Shown: one piece after another, positions 44,365 to 54,271 of the stretch | Numbering within the stretch: the first letter of the stretch is position 1 | Layout of the letters: each line of letters opens with the position of its first letter | From: Oscillospiraceae bacterium | GTDB lineage: Bacteria; Bacillota; Clostridia; Oscillospirales; Ruminococcaceae | Assembly: GCA_019423755.1 (NCBI GenBank) | Contig: JAHZAU010000009.1 | Coordinates: 3,815 to 67,814, forward strand | Direction of reading: 5' to 3' | Length of the DNA: 64,000 nt | Notes under the pieces: generated by a model | The model's input: the letters and a program-made list of their open reading frames with translations, nothing else | The model's database searches: none | What the model was told of the DNA's origin: nothing | Translations under genes and position numbers: made by a program

Positions 44365-46803
44365 TTACTCGCCCAACAGCACCTGACGGGCGATGTCCAC
44401 CGACGCTTTGGCATCTTTGGCATAGAAATCCGCCCCCATAGCCCGGGCGTATTCCGGGGTGAGTACCGCGCCGCCCACCATGACCTGCACCCCGGGACAT
44501 TCCCGGCGCAGCAGGGCGATGGTCTCCTCCATGCTTTTGAGGGTGGTGGTCATCAGCGCCGAAAGGCCCACCAGCCGCACGCCGTGTTCCTGCACCGCCT
44601 GCACCACCTGCCCAGGCGGCACGTCCCGCCCCAGGTCCAGGATGGGGAAACCGTAGTTTTCCAAAATCACCTTGACGATGTTCTTGCCGATGTCGTGGAT
44701 GTCCCCCTTGACGGTGGCCAGCACGATGCCCCGCTGGGCAAGGGAGTGCGCCGCGGCGTCCTCCCCCGACGGGTGGGCGGCCAGCCAGTTTTTGATGGCG
44801 TCAAAGCCCGCCTGCGCGGCCTGCGCCGCCTGGATCATCTGGGGCAAAAACAGCGTCCCCGCCTCAAACTGCGCCCCCACCCGGTCCAGAGCGGGGATCA
44901 GTCGGGTTTGGATGATCTGTTCGGGGCTTTGCTTCTCCAACAGGGCGCACACCTGGCGGCGCACCGGCTCGCCCAGCCCGGCGGCTACCGCTTCTTCCAG
45001 ACTCATGCCGTTATCCGGCGCGGGCGCAGCGGGGGCGGGGGCGTTTTCCTGGGAAAACCGGGCGATGTAGCGGCCGCAGCCGGCGTCGGCGCCGGACAGC
45101 AGCTCATAAGCGGAGACAGCGTCCATCATGGAGGCGGTGTTGGGGTTGAGGATGGGCAGGTCCAGCCCGGCTTCCAGCGCCAGCAGCAGGAAGCTGTGGT
45201 TTAAAAGCTCCCGGTTGGGCAGCCCGAAGGAGATGTTGGAAACGCCCAGCACGCAGTGCAGCCCCAGCTCCTGGCGCACCATCCGCACCGCCCGCAGGGT
45301 CTCCCCTGCCTCCTGCTGCTGCACCGAGGCGGTGAGGGTCAGGCAGTCGATGAACACGTCCTGCCGCGGGATGCCCAACGCCAGAGCGGCGTCCAGGATG
45401 CGGCGGGCGATGGCCAGACGGTCCTCTGCCCGAGAGGGGATGCCTTTTTCGTCCAGGCAAAGGCCCACCACGGCGGCGCCGTAGCGCTTCACCAGCGGCA
45501 GCACGGCCTTTAAGACCGCTTCCTCGCCGTTGACCGAGTTGACGATGGGCTTGCCGTTATAAACCCGCAGGGCGGCTTCCAATGCCTTGGGGTCGGAGGA
45601 ATCCAGCTGCAGCGGCGCAGTCAGTACCCCCTGCAGCCGTTGGACCACCTGGGGCAGCACAGCGGGCTCGTCCACCCCCGGCGCGCCTACGTTCACGTCC
45701 AAAATGGCGGCCCCGGCCCCTACCTGGGCGATGCCCTGGCCCAGCAGGTAGTCCATGTCCCCTTCCAACAGCGCCTGCTTCATCCGCTTTTTGCCGGTGG
45801 GATTGAGCCGCTCGCCGATGACCCGCACCCCGTCGATGACCACCGTCTCCCCCGGGGAGCAGACCGCTGCCGGGCGGCAGGCGGGTTCCCGCTTTTGGGG
45901 CGGGCAGCGGCGGAGCATCGCGGCGGCGGCGCGCAGGTAGTCGGGATTGGTGCCGCAGCAGCCGCCGAACACCTGCACCCCCAGCCGGGCAAAGGGTTCC
46001 AGCAGCTGGCCGAATTCCTCCGGGCCGATGCCGTATTCCCCAGTGACCGGGTCCGGCAGGCCGGCGTTGGGCTTGAGGATCAGCGGCAGGTCGGTCCAAC
46101 GGCGCAGCTCCTCCATAAAAGGCAGCAGCTCCCGAGGCCCGAGGGAACAGTTGAAGCCCAGGGCGTCCACCCCCAGGCCGTCCAGGGTCAGCGCCATGGC
46201 GGAGATGCCGCAGCCGGTAAAGGTCCGGCCGGAAGGCTCAAAGGTCATGGTCACCCAAAGGGGGACGGTCCGGCCCACTTCTTCCATGGCTTCCCGGGCG
46301 CCCAGCACCCCGGCCTTGGCCTCGTACAGGTCGCTGAGGGTTTCCAGCACCACCAGGTCGGCCCCGGCTTCCAGCCCTAGCCGCACCTGCTGGCGCACCA
46401 GTGCCACCGCTTCCTCAAAGGGCAGGCCGCCGGTGGGTTCCAGCAGTTCCCCGATGGGTCCCACGTCCAGCGCTACCCAGGCGTCCTCCCTGGCGCGGCG
46501 TCCGGCTTCGGTGATGGCCTCCCGGGCGTTCTGCACCGCCGCCGGGATGACCTCCTCGGGACAAAGGCCGCACAGGCTCAGCTTGTGGCGGTTGGCGCCG
46601 AAGGTGTTGGTGTAGATCACCTGGCTGCCGGCCTCCAAATAGGCCCGGTGCACCTGGCGCACCTGCTGGGGATGGGTCAGGTTCCAGCGCTCGGGGGACT
46701 CTCCCAGCCCCAGGCCCAGACTTTGCAGCATGGTGCCCATAGCGCCGTCCAGCAGCAGGGAGCCGCCGGCGGCGAGAGAAGACGGTTGGCAACTATTTTT
46801 CAC
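44365..46803 (-). CDS. metH: B12-dependent methionine synthase (Hcy, pterin and cobalamin domains; no activation domain)
   Basis: LDGAMGTML, NCSLGP, GGCCGT, IGERLNPTGK and GDIHDIGKNIV motifs; GTG start. Confidence 0.93.
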   Translation of the reverse strand: MKNSCQPSSLAAGGSLLLDGAMGTMLQSLGLGLGESPERWNLTHPQQVRQVHRAYLEAGSQVIYTNTFGANRHKLSLCGLCPEEVIPAAVQNAREAITEAGRRAREDAWVALDVGPIGELLEPTGGLPFEEAVALVRQQVRLGLEAGADLVVLETLSDLYEAKAGVLGAREAMEEVGRTVPLWVTMTFEPSGRTFTGCGISAMALTLDGLGVDALGFNCSLGPRELLPFMEELRRWTDLPLILKPNAGLPDPVTGEYGIGPEEFGQLLEPFARLGVQVFGGCCGTNPDYLRAAAAMLRRCPPQKREPACRPAAVCSPGETVVIDGVRVIGERLNPTGKKRMKQALLEGDMDYLLGQGIAQVGAGAAILDVNVGAPGVDEPAVLPQVVQRLQGVLTAPLQLDSSDPKALEAALRVYNGKPIVNSVNGEEAVLKAVLPLVKRYGAAVVGLCLDEKGIPSRAEDRLAIARRILDAALALGIPRQDVFIDCLTLTASVQQQEAGETLRAVRMVRQELGLHCVLGVSNISFGLPNRELLNHSFLLLALEAGLDLPILNPNTASMMDAVSAYELLSGADAGCGRYIARFSQENAPAPAAPAPDNGMSLEEAVAAGLGEPVRRQVCALLEKQSPEQIIQTRLIPALDRVGAQFEAGTLFLPQMIQAAQAAQAGFDAIKNWLAAHPSGEDAAAHSLAQRGIVLATVKGDIHDIGKNIVKVILENYGFPILDLGRDVPPGQVVQAVQEHGVRLVGLSALMTTTLKSMEETIALLRRECPGVQVMVGGAVLTPEYARAMGADFYAKDAKASVDIARQVLLGE

Positions 46804-47449
46804 AGAAAACACCTCTTTTTCGGAATGGACAGGTTTGGCGGGCGGCGCAGCGGGCACAGCCTTGCTTCTGCACCGCGGCCGGGGTGTCGGACAGACCCAA
46901 AATGGCGGTCACCGACTTGGTAGGGGCAAGCAGCCCCCCGGGGGTCACGCTGAGACCCAGGCGGCGGGGGGCGTCCAGCAGGGCCACGAACCGCCCCTGC
47001 AGCTCCAGGGGCAGGTCGCCGTACCCGCAGGAAAAGCGCCCGGTGAGCCAAAGGCCCCGCTGCCTTGCCTGCTGGGAAAGCTGCTCCTGGGCCCGGTCGC
47101 ACACCTGCTCGATAGCGGCGCTGGCGCAGCCGTCCAGCAGCACTGCCCCGGCCATGTCCTGTACCTGCCACAGCCGCAGCAGGCGGTCGGCTTCGGCGCC
47201 CAAGGTGGCCCCCAGCAGCACGGCACGTTTACATCCGGCCAGGTGGCGGGGCAGGTCTTCCCCCACCAGAAGTTCCGGAATTTGTTCCAAATTATACTCC
47301 ACCGCGTGCCAGCGGGGGCGACAGCCGGAAAGCAGGGCGGCTTCGGCTTTTTGCAGCTTCTGCTCCAAAGCGTCCGGCAGCGGGCCTTGGCCGCAGCCGG
47401 CATACCGCCGGGCTTCGGAAAGGTCGATGCGCTCCAACAGCATCTCCAT
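46793..47449 (-). CDS. Stand-alone methionine synthase activation domain
   Basis: RFSCGYGDLPL and PTKSVTAILG motifs, Cys-rich tail. Confidence 0.85.
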   Translation of the reverse strand: MEMLLERIDLSEARRYAGCGQGPLPDALEQKLQKAEAALLSGCRPRWHAVEYNLEQIPELLVGEDLPRHLAGCKRAVLLGATLGAEADRLLRLWQVQDMAGAVLLDGCASAAIEQVCDRAQEQLSQQARQRGLWLTGRFSCGYGDLPLELQGRFVALLDAPRRLGLSVTPGGLLAPTKSVTAILGLSDTPAAVQKQGCARCAARQTCPFRKRGVFCEK

Positions 47450-47462
47450 GGCGCTCCCTCCC

Positions 47463-48338
47463 CTAGCGGTTGGCGCAGCGGATGAGGGAAGCCACCGCCT
47501 GGCTGATGCGCCGGGCCACCAGGGGGTTGTTCATGGTGTACAGGTGGATGCCCTGGACGCCGTTTGCCAGCAGGTCCACGATCTGCTCCACGGCGTAGGC
47601 GATGCCGGCGTCCCGCATGGCGTCCGGGTCGTCGCCGTATTTGTGCATCATCCGCACGAACTTTTTGGGCAGGCTGGCCCCGCACAGCGAGACCATCCGC
47701 TCGATCTGCCGCCGGTTGACCACCGGCATGATGCCCGCCTCCACCGGCACGGTGATGCCCGCCTGGCGGATGCGGTACAGGAAGCTGTAAAAATCATTGT
47801 TGTCAAAAAACAGCTGGGAGATCAGGTGGGTGGCTCCGGCGTCCACCTTTTCCTTGAGATGGAGGATGTCCTGCTCCAAGGTGGGGGCCTCCGGGTGGCA
47901 CTCGGGGTAACAGGCGGCGCAGATGTCAAACCCGCCGAAGGCCTGGATCTCCCGGATCAGGTCCGCCGCGTAACGGAAGTCCTCCGCCGCCGGACGGTCG
48001 GGGTTGCGGTCCCCTCGCAGGGCCAGCAGGTTTTCTACCCCGGCGTCCCGCAGCTCTCCCAGCACCTGGCCGATCTCCTCCCGGGTGGAGTTAAGGCAGG
48101 TCAGGTGGGCCACCGGCTCGATGCCGCACTGCTGGCGGATGGTCTGGGCGATCTGCAGGGTGGAGCGGTCGGAAGGGTTGCCCCCGGCGCCGTAGGTGAC
48201 GCTGATGAAGTCCGGTTCCAGGTCGGAAAGGGCCTCCAAGGTCTGGTACACCGTCTGCACCGGGCTGGTCTTTTTGGGTGGGAACACCTCAAAGGAATAG
48301 ACCACCTTCTTTTGGGAAAATAACTGGGTAAGCTTCAT
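47463..48338 (-). CDS. metF: Methylenetetrahydrofolate reductase
   Basis: SFEVFPPK, SVTYGAGG, AHLTC, LALRGD and HLYTMN; promoter TTTACA-N17-TATAAT upstream. Confidence 0.95.
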   Translation of the reverse strand: MKLTQLFSQKKVVYSFEVFPPKKTSPVQTVYQTLEALSDLEPDFISVTYGAGGNPSDRSTLQIAQTIRQQCGIEPVAHLTCLNSTREEIGQVLGELRDAGVENLLALRGDRNPDRPAAEDFRYAADLIREIQAFGGFDICAACYPECHPEAPTLEQDILHLKEKVDAGATHLISQLFFDNNDFYSFLYRIRQAGITVPVEAGIMPVVNRRQIERMVSLCGASLPKKFVRMMHKYGDDPDAMRDAGIAYAVEQIVDLLANGVQGIHLYTMNNPLVARRISQAVASLIRCANR

Positions 48339-48511
48339 GACAGATCCTCCTTGCCGCCGGCGCACCGGCTCGGTGTTAATTCTATCATTATACGATGTCA
48401 CTTTCGCATTGTAAAGCGAAACCGCCGGGGAAGTTGCGTTTTCCTGCCGGTTGGGATACAATAGAGGGCGAAGTCCTTATTTTCATTTTCTTGCAGAAAG
48501 GAAGTTAAATC

Positions 48512-48955
48512 ATGCTGATCCGTGACATCCGCCTGCCGGACAAAGAGGCCTATCTTGCCATGTCCCAGGATTTTTACAGCGGCGATGCCACCCAAAGCCC
48601 GGTTGGGGTACAGAACTTTTTGGACACCTTTGAGCAGGCCATGCAGGGCTCTCCGCTCATGCGCGCCCTGATTTTGGAGGAGGAGGGCCAGATCGTCGGC
48701 TACGGTCTGCTGGCCTTCTATTGGAGCAACGAGGCCGGCGGCCTGGTGGTGCAGATCGAGGAGCTTTATTTCCTGGAAAGCTGCCGCGGCAAGGGCTACG
48801 GCCACCAGTTCTTCTCCTGGGTCAAGGAGGCTTATCCCCAGGCCCGGCGCTTCCGCCTGGAAGTCTGCCAGCGTAACCCCCGCGCCAAAGCCCTGTACGA
48901 GCGTCTGGGCTACACCGAGCTGCCCTATATCCAGATGATCCAGGACCTTACCTAA
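48512..48955 (+). CDS. GNAT-family acetyltransferase
   Basis: IEELYF...RGKGYG and RAKALYERLGY motifs. Confidence 0.88.
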   Translation: MLIRDIRLPDKEAYLAMSQDFYSGDATQSPVGVQNFLDTFEQAMQGSPLMRALILEEEGQIVGYGLLAFYWSNEAGGLVVQIEELYFLESCRGKGYGHQFFSWVKEAYPQARRFRLEVCQRNPRAKALYERLGYTELPYIQMIQDLT

Positions 48956-49035
48956 AAAAGCAAATAAAAACCGAAAAGACCCGCCCGCTGCCTGGGAAAA
49001 CGCTTCCCAACGCAGCAGGCGGGTCTTCTTTTTTG

Positions 49036-49413
49036 CTAAAACCAGGGCAGGTTGCGCTCGATGCCAAAGAGCACCAGGCAGAGGATGAGAAAGGCGATGA
49101 GCCGGTTCTGCCCGCGGCTGGGCAGGCGGCGTCCGGTTTTGACGTAATCCGCCGCCAGCCAAACAGCAAGCCACAAAAACAGCGGGCTCAGCAGCACCAG
49201 GCAGGGGTTGGCGGCAAAGGCGCCGGCCCAGTCCCCGGCCAGAAGCGCCAGGCACAGATGACTGATGCCGCAGGCCGGGCAAAGCAGCCCGGTGGCCGAG
49301 CGAAAGAGACAGGGGATGTATTTCCCGGTAACACTCACCCACCCGGCATAAGCAAGCCCGGCGGACAGCAGCGCGCTCCCCCACCCCAGCAGGCGCAGGG
49401 CACGGCGCCGCAT
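49036..49413 (-). CDS. DUF2752-like membrane protein
   Basis: PCLFRSATGLLCPACGIS and AFAANP motifs. Confidence 0.8.
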   Translation of the reverse strand: MRRRALRLLGWGSALLSAGLAYAGWVSVTGKYIPCLFRSATGLLCPACGISHLCLALLAGDWAGAFAANPCLVLLSPLFLWLAVWLAADYVKTGRRLPSRGQNRLIAFLILCLVLFGIERNLPWF

Positions 49414-49763
49414 TAGTAGTACATGGTGGGGGTGTAGCGGTTGAGTTCACCCTGGATGATGGCCAGCGTGATGATCTGCAGGCCGAACAGGTTGAGGATC
49501 AAAAACAGGATGGGGAAGCTGCCCATAGGCTGGCCGCGGGACATGCGGGCGTCCTCCAGGGCCTCGCCCATTTTGTAGCCCCAGTAGATGCCATACAGCC
49601 CGCAGGTGATCAGGTTAAACAGAAAGGCCATAATACCGCTGGTCAGGTAGCGGCCGGACACCGCCTTTACCTCGTCGGTGGTGACGATGAACCAGTAGAT
49701 GGCGTAGATACCGCAGGTGATGATGGAAAACAGCAGCGCAAGGCCGACACTTCTTTGTTTCAT
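49413..49763 (-). CDS. DUF4234-like membrane protein
   Basis: Twice ITCG(I/L)YxIYW; IQGELN. Confidence 0.82.
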   Translation of the reverse strand: MKQRSVGLALLFSIITCGIYAIYWFIVTTDEVKAVSGRYLTSGIMAFLFNLITCGLYGIYWGYKMGEALEDARMSRGQPMGSFPILFLILNLFGLQIITLAIIQGELNRYTPTMYY

Positions 49764-49825
49764 AAACAGTCCTCCTCGTTGGGGTTAAAATAAGTTATCT
49801 TTTGTATAACAGCAGACGGGGCGGC

Positions 49826-51631
49826 TTAGGCGGCCTCCTGCTGATATTCGTTTAAGGTAAGGAAATCGCCCTCCTCCATAAGCTGGGAGCAAAGGCTGGC
49901 GATCTCTTGCAGCTGGGTCTTTTCCATGGGGTTAGAAAGCCCGGAATCCGCCACCACCGTCAAAAAGTCCTTGTTGGCATCCTGGCGGCAAAGGGTCAGG
50001 TAGGTGTCCAGGGCAGCGTCGTAGTCCTCCAGGCTCAGCGCCAGCATCTCCAGCGCTACCCCGCCGGAAACGGCGTAGTCGATGGAATAAAACGGGGTGG
50101 CGAAGTAGTGGTTTACCTGGGTCCACTGCATCTGGGCCATCTCCCGGTCATAGATCTCGCTTTCGGACATGAGGCCGTATTCCAGCCCCAACCGGCCGTA
50201 ACACTGGTTGATCTCCTCCACCGTCATGCCGGGGTTTTGGTACAGCTCTTCCTGGAACTCGTCGTCCATAGCGGCGGACAGGATGCCCACCAGCAGGTTG
50301 CAGACGGCGTACTGCCGGGCCAGCTGGGCCTCCTCGGCGGTGTCGTAAAGCAGGTCGTACCACGGCAGGGTGAGCATCTCCATGGACTGGGAGTGGATCT
50401 CGCTGACGTCCATCCCCCGCCCTTCCGAGGTGGAGCCCTGCTGCAGCTGCAGCCAGATGGCCAGACAGTGGCCGAACTCGTGGGTGATGTTGCTCACGTC
50501 GCCGGAGCCGCCGTTGAGGTTCGCAAAGAGGAAGGGGGTGTTGAACTTCGGCAGGAAGGTGGTGTAGACGGTGTTCTGCTTGGTGGAGGACGGCGCCACC
50601 TCCATCATCTCATGCTCCCGCAGGTAGCTAAAGCACGCGCTCACCTCCGGGTCCATCTGGGAATAGACGGTGTCCAGGGTGTCCATCATCTCCTGCCAGC
50701 CGCCGGAGGGGTCCGGCTGGTCGCCTTGGGGCAGCAGGGTCAGGGGAATATCCTGGCTCATGTCTGCAAGCTTTTGTTCCAAGCGGGCGTACAGGTCATC
50801 CAGCATGCTTCGGTACAGCGGCACCAGGGTGGTCTTCAGGTCCTCCCGGTACTGGCGGATCTGCTCCCGGTCGTAGCTGACCCGCAGCATCTGGTCGTCC
50901 GCCATCTCCACATAGGAATCGTAGCCCAGGGTACGGGCCTGGGTGTCCCGGTTCTCCACCAGGTCCACCAGGATCTGCCCCAGCTGCTGGTTGCTGTTTT
51001 CCAAAAACTCGCGGTAGTAGGCCTCCTGCAGCTCCGGCTCCAAGGAAGCGTACTGCACCGGCTCGCCGTCCACCTCCACGGTGATCTGGTTGTACTGGTA
51101 GTGGTACTGGGCGATGAGGCGGTCTTCCTCCTCCTTCCACTGCAAAACGTCCTGGGAGGTGGTCTGCGCCAGGGTCTCCTGGTCCTCCTTGGTGGCGTCG
51201 TCCCAGAAGCCGGTGATCCACCGGCCGGGGAAGGTCTGGCTCATCGCCTGGTAAAACTCGTTGTATTTGGCCTGGATGCGCACATACTGGGCGTCCAGCA
51301 CCTCCAACTCCTCGCTGTAGAAGGGGTCGGTGACGTCGATGCTGTTGTGGATCTGCGCCAGCACGTACATGGAGAGGAAATCATCCAGCTTTTCGTTGAG
51401 GGTGTTCATCTCCCGCACCAGGGAAAAGGGCAGGATGCTATTTTCGGCGGTGTCCTGGGCCACCTGGATCTGCTCCAACAGGGCGTCCCCGTCGGGGCGC
51501 TGGTACTCGATCTGGGAGAAGGTCTGCTCGGTGGGTTCCAGGCCCCCGTCCTCCCCCAGCCCGCAGCCGGACAACCACACACAGACGGCCAGTCCCAAGG
51601 CCACTGTCCGCATCCACAACCGTTTTCCCAT
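49826..51631 (-). CDS. M3-family oligoendopeptidase with lipoprotein signal
   Basis: THEFGH, SEIHSQSME and PFYSIDYA motifs; N-terminus MGKRLWMR...WLSGC lipobox; GAGGAGG SD. Confidence 0.85.
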   Translation of the reverse strand: MGKRLWMRTVALGLAVCVWLSGCGLGEDGGLEPTEQTFSQIEYQRPDGDALLEQIQVAQDTAENSILPFSLVREMNTLNEKLDDFLSMYVLAQIHNSIDVTDPFYSEELEVLDAQYVRIQAKYNEFYQAMSQTFPGRWITGFWDDATKEDQETLAQTTSQDVLQWKEEEDRLIAQYHYQYNQITVEVDGEPVQYASLEPELQEAYYREFLENSNQQLGQILVDLVENRDTQARTLGYDSYVEMADDQMLRVSYDREQIRQYREDLKTTLVPLYRSMLDDLYARLEQKLADMSQDIPLTLLPQGDQPDPSGGWQEMMDTLDTVYSQMDPEVSACFSYLREHEMMEVAPSSTKQNTVYTTFLPKFNTPFLFANLNGGSGDVSNITHEFGHCLAIWLQLQQGSTSEGRGMDVSEIHSQSMEMLTLPWYDLLYDTAEEAQLARQYAVCNLLVGILSAAMDDEFQEELYQNPGMTVEEINQCYGRLGLEYGLMSESEIYDREMAQMQWTQVNHYFATPFYSIDYAVSGGVALEMLALSLEDYDAALDTYLTLCRQDANKDFLTVVADSGLSNPMEKTQLQEIASLCSQLMEEGDFLTLNEYQQEAA

Positions 51632-51884
51632 AGGCAAGATCCTCCTCTTCCCAAATAAAACAGCCCTTGTTCCCGGGGGCGGTCCGCCGGGCAAAAGGGG
51701 CACTTTCTTTTATCTTTATTCCGCTGGCGCGGGATTATTCCCCCGCCCAAAACCGGCAGGAACTGCCTTTATTCTACCATAGCGCTCCAGCGAATCCAAC
51801 GGCCCGACGCCAAACTTTTCATAAATGTTACAATTGACAAAGGCCGCACCCCAATCCGGGGTGCGGCCTTGCAAAAGCAGCAGC

Positions 51885-52454
51885 TTATTTTTCCAGTTTC
51901 AGCAGGGTCTCGGGGTTTTGGTACTCTCCGTCGTGGAGGAGGAACAGCTGGCAGGTCAGGCCGGTAGCCATACCGGTTTTGCCCAAAATGCCCAGCTCGT
52001 CCCCCTGGCAGACGTGCTCGCCTTCCTCCACCGAAAGGGAGGAACAGTGGCTGTACCAGCTCTGCCAGCCGTCGCCGTGGTTCAGGATGACGGTGTTGCC
52101 CAGGCCCTTTTTCCAGCCGGCGAAGGAGACGGTACCGCTTTTGGAAGCCCGGACAGCGGAACCTTCCGCCGCGGAGAAGTTGGTGCCCACATGGCCGGAA
52201 TAACTGCCGTAGGACGCGGTGATCCAGCCGTTTTCCAGCGGGGGCAGGAACTCTTCCTGGGAAGGATCGCAGTCATCCACCGGGCGGATCTCCTCCGAAG
52301 CGCCGTCGGACTTGCGGACGGCCTTGGGACGGGCGACCTCCTCGGCCTGCGCGGTGTCGGGGCGGCAGACGCGGGGGCGGGATTCGTTGGAATCAGCAAA
52401 AACAGGGCTGGTGAGGATGGCGGCAGCCAGCACCAGCGCAGCGAAACGTTTCAT
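51885..52454 (-). CDS. Secreted M23/LytM-domain protein, degenerate active site
   Basis: Signal peptide; GNTVILNHGDG...YSHCS..V..G..V.QG..G..G.TG.ATG; start at ATG 52454 with AGGAGG SD. Confidence 0.8.
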   Translation of the reverse strand: MKRFAALVLAAAILTSPVFADSNESRPRVCRPDTAQAEEVARPKAVRKSDGASEEIRPVDDCDPSQEEFLPPLENGWITASYGSYSGHVGTNFSAAEGSAVRASKSGTVSFAGWKKGLGNTVILNHGDGWQSWYSHCSSLSVEEGEHVCQGDELGILGKTGMATGLTCQLFLLHDGEYQNPETLLKLEK

Positions 52455-52546
52455 AAAGCAGGAACCTCCTTGGAAAATGTTACTATCCTTAGGGTAACAT
52501 ATCCCGCAGAGAAAAACAAGGGATAATCGTAAAAGATTACGTTTCG

Positions 52547-53119
52547 TTATAATCCCAATAAATAAAACAAAACAAAGCCTGCCGCACCGGAGATCAGTAG
52601 GATGACCAGCTGGTCCAGGTGGAAGCGCCGCAGCGCCCACAGGCAGACAAGGAAGATCACCACGCACAGCCAGTCCACCGCTGCCGGGCTGAGCGCCAGC
52701 TGCCCTCCGGGGAAGATGGCCAGCACCAGCAGGTCCAGCCCCGCCGAACCGATCATGGCTACCACCGCCGGACGCAGCCCGGACAGGATGCCCTGGATGG
52801 CGGGCAGCTGCTGGTAGCGGGAGTACAGGTACGCCAGCCCCAGCACAATGATGCAGGATGGGGTGACGCAGCCCAGGGTAGCCACCACCGCGCCCCCCAG
52901 CCCGGCTAGCTGGGTGCCCACGAAGGTGGCGGCATTGATGGCGATGGGCCCGGGGGTCATGCCGGAGATGGTGACCACGTCGGCAAACTGGCTCATGGTC
53001 AGCCAGTGGTGCAGCTCCACTACCTGGTTTTGGATCAGCGGCATGGCAGCGTAACCGCCGCCGAAGCTCAGCGCCCCGATCTGAAAGAAGCTCCAAAACA
53101 GCGCCAGATAGGTACCCAT
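52547..53119 (-). CDS. Short-chain chromate transporter (ChrA family)
   Basis: SFGGGY and TPGPIAINAATFVG motifs. Confidence 0.9.
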   Translation of the reverse strand: MGTYLALFWSFFQIGALSFGGGYAAMPLIQNQVVELHHWLTMSQFADVVTISGMTPGPIAINAATFVGTQLAGLGGAVVATLGCVTPSCIIVLGLAYLYSRYQQLPAIQGILSGLRPAVVAMIGSAGLDLLVLAIFPGGQLALSPAAVDWLCVVIFLVCLWALRRFHLDQLVILLISGAAGFVLFYLLGL

Positions 53120-53122
53120 ATG

Positions 53123-53695
53123 CTATTCCCCCTTTCTTTTGAGCAGGCGGCTGGAACCCAGCCACCCCAGCGCCCCGCAGAAGACGATGACCAGCATGAC
53201 GCTGATCTGGGTAAACAGGGTGACGGCAAAAGCCCCCAGCAGGATGGCGGTCCACAGCAGGCGCCGCTCCCGCAGGACGTTGGCCCCCAGGGTGATGGTG
53301 ACGTCGGCGATGACCGCGGCGATACCAGCCTGCATCCCCCGCAGCACAGCGGCCACGGCGGCGCTGCTTCGGAAGGCCTCATAAAACAGCGAGATTACCG
53401 AAAGGATGATGAGCGGCGGCAGCACCGTCCCCAAAATGGCCACCAAACTACCCAAAATACCGGCGGTGCGGTAGCCCACCAGGATGGAGGCGTTGACCGC
53501 GATGGGCCCCGGCGCCGACTGGGCGATGGCGGTCAGGTCCAGCATCTCCTCCTCTTCCAGCCACCCCAGCTGCTCCACAAACTTTTTGCGCATAAGCGGG
53601 ATGATGACGAAGCCGCCCCCGAAGGTGAAGGCGCTGATGGTGAAGGTGGTGCCGAACAGCCGCAGATAGAAGGACAGCGGGCGGCGGTTTTGCAT
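53123..53695 (-). CDS. Short-chain chromate transporter (ChrA family)
   Basis: TFGGGF and AQSAPGPIAVN motifs. Confidence 0.9.
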   Translation of the reverse strand: MQNRRPLSFYLRLFGTTFTISAFTFGGGFVIIPLMRKKFVEQLGWLEEEEMLDLTAIAQSAPGPIAVNASILVGYRTAGILGSLVAILGTVLPPLIILSVISLFYEAFRSSAAVAAVLRGMQAGIAAVIADVTITLGANVLRERRLLWTAILLGAFAVTLFTQISVMLVIVFCGALGWLGSSRLLKRKGE

Positions 53696-53775
53696 AAGGA
53701 TCATCCTTTCTTGGTTTGACAACCGGGGAAATGGTGTGATATCATCGTTAAAAATTACAAAAAGGAGAATTTGCC

Positions 53776-54225
53776 GTGGAAGAGACCCAGATCCAGCAGA
53801 CCATGTACCAAAAAGCGGTGGAGCTGATCCGCCGCCGGTACCCCACCGGCTGGGGCGGCGCGGCGGTCATCCGCACCGAGCCCGGCCACTACTACACCAG
53901 CGTGGCGCTGGAAAACGCCAATGCCAGCGTGCTGCTCTGCATCGAGGTGGGCGCCATGTGCGACGCCATGAAGGCCAACGAGCGGGTGACCCACTGCCTG
54001 TGCGTGGTGCGCCAGGACGAGCACGCCCCTTTTACCGTCCTTTCCCCCTGCGGCGTCTGCCAGGAGCGGCTGCGCTACTGGGGCGACGGGGTCCAGGTGG
54101 GGGTGACCACCCCGGACGGCTCCCTGCGCTTTGTGCCGCTCTATGAGCTGCAGCCCTACCACTGGACGACCGCCTACCCGCCGGAGGAACTGGAGCACTT
54201 TACCGGCCCGGCGGAGAAAAAATAA
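53776..54225 (+). CDS. Cytidine deaminase-like protein
   Basis: LCIE and SPCGVCQE Zn-binding motifs. Confidence 0.85.
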   Translation: MEETQIQQTMYQKAVELIRRRYPTGWGGAAVIRTEPGHYYTSVALENANASVLLCIEVGAMCDAMKANERVTHCLCVVRQDEHAPFTVLSPCGVCQERLRYWGDGVQVGVTTPDGSLRFVPLYELQPYHWTTAYPPEELEHFTGPAEKK

Positions 54226-54228
54226 ACC

Positions 54229-54266
54229 CAAAAAAGCCAGCATCTTTCGGGGATGCTGGCTTTTTG
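54229..54266. terminator. Bidirectional terminator between the deaminase and rny
   Basis: AAAAAGCCAGCATC-tttcggg-GATGCTGGCTTTTT. Confidence 0.8.
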
Positions 54267-54271
54267 TTCGG

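Noticed and set aside
44161..45204. Plus-strand AAGGAGG plus GTG (44173) opening a long frame with a LMMRFFA/LIMRFFA repeat
   Set aside because: It runs antisense through metH with no plus-strand promoter seen. The peptide repeat follows from the 57-bp DNA repeat spacing, and the SD is better explained as the complement of the sRNA loop
52455..53255. N-terminal extension of the 456-aa ORF containing M23
   Set aside because: It overlaps the chromate transporter genes out of frame; the real start with SD and signal peptide is 52454
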